This document shows, one piece after another, positions 63,880-64,000 of a DNA stretch of 64,000 nt. The position numbers and the translations under genes are program-made. The first letter of the stretch is position 1, and each line of letters starts with the position of its first letter. Source of the DNA: Amoebidium appalachense. Its lineage: Eukaryota > Protista > Ichthyosporea. Under the pieces are notes generated by a model. The model searched no databases. It saw only the letters and a list, made by a program, of their open reading frames with translations, and was not told the origin of the DNA. The DNA is taken from contig CAVNZM010000013.1 in NCBI GenBank assembly GCA_963693365.1, forward strand, positions 4,430,722 to 4,494,721, read 5' to 3'.

Positions 63880-64000
63880 GTAGGGCTTTTTTTTTTTTTT
63901 TTTTTTTTTGCTAATCTTTTGTTCTGTTCCATAGCATACGTCTCACTTCAACATGATTGCGGCTTTGGTAATACGTGTGTGCTTGGGCCGACGTTCATGC

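Overview
Eukaryotic (probably protist) genomic DNA with GT-AG introns packed with (GT/CA)n, (GA/CT)n and long poly-G/C tracts; nearly all ORF-track entries are microsatellite artefacts. Manual splicing gives seven frame-consistent genes: a BTB-WD40 protein (-), an intronless bacterial-like DUF6544/6920-type protein (+), a type I DnaJ (-), DCP2 (+), a claudin/PMP22-like tetraspan (-), RTF2 (+) and a 14-exon protein joining an ERF4/GOLGA7-like domain to five C1 domains (-, one homopolymer frameshift). There is also a possible exportin-like 5' end, an orphan M3-peptidase exon and a broken non-LTR retrotransposon. The most unusual signals are: (1) a ~453-nt non-coding repeat family whose copies share one 3' end at poly-C tracts, can exceed one unit length, lie sense to host genes and carry a covarying RNA structure with hammerhead-like motifs (retrozyme-like); (2) intronic 'echo' duplications of exon/splice-site junctions in several genes; (3) a perfect 110-bp hairpin over an RTF2 splice donor; (4) (CA)n-AG acceptors lacking pyrimidine tracts. 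All family assignments are by eye; no searches were run.
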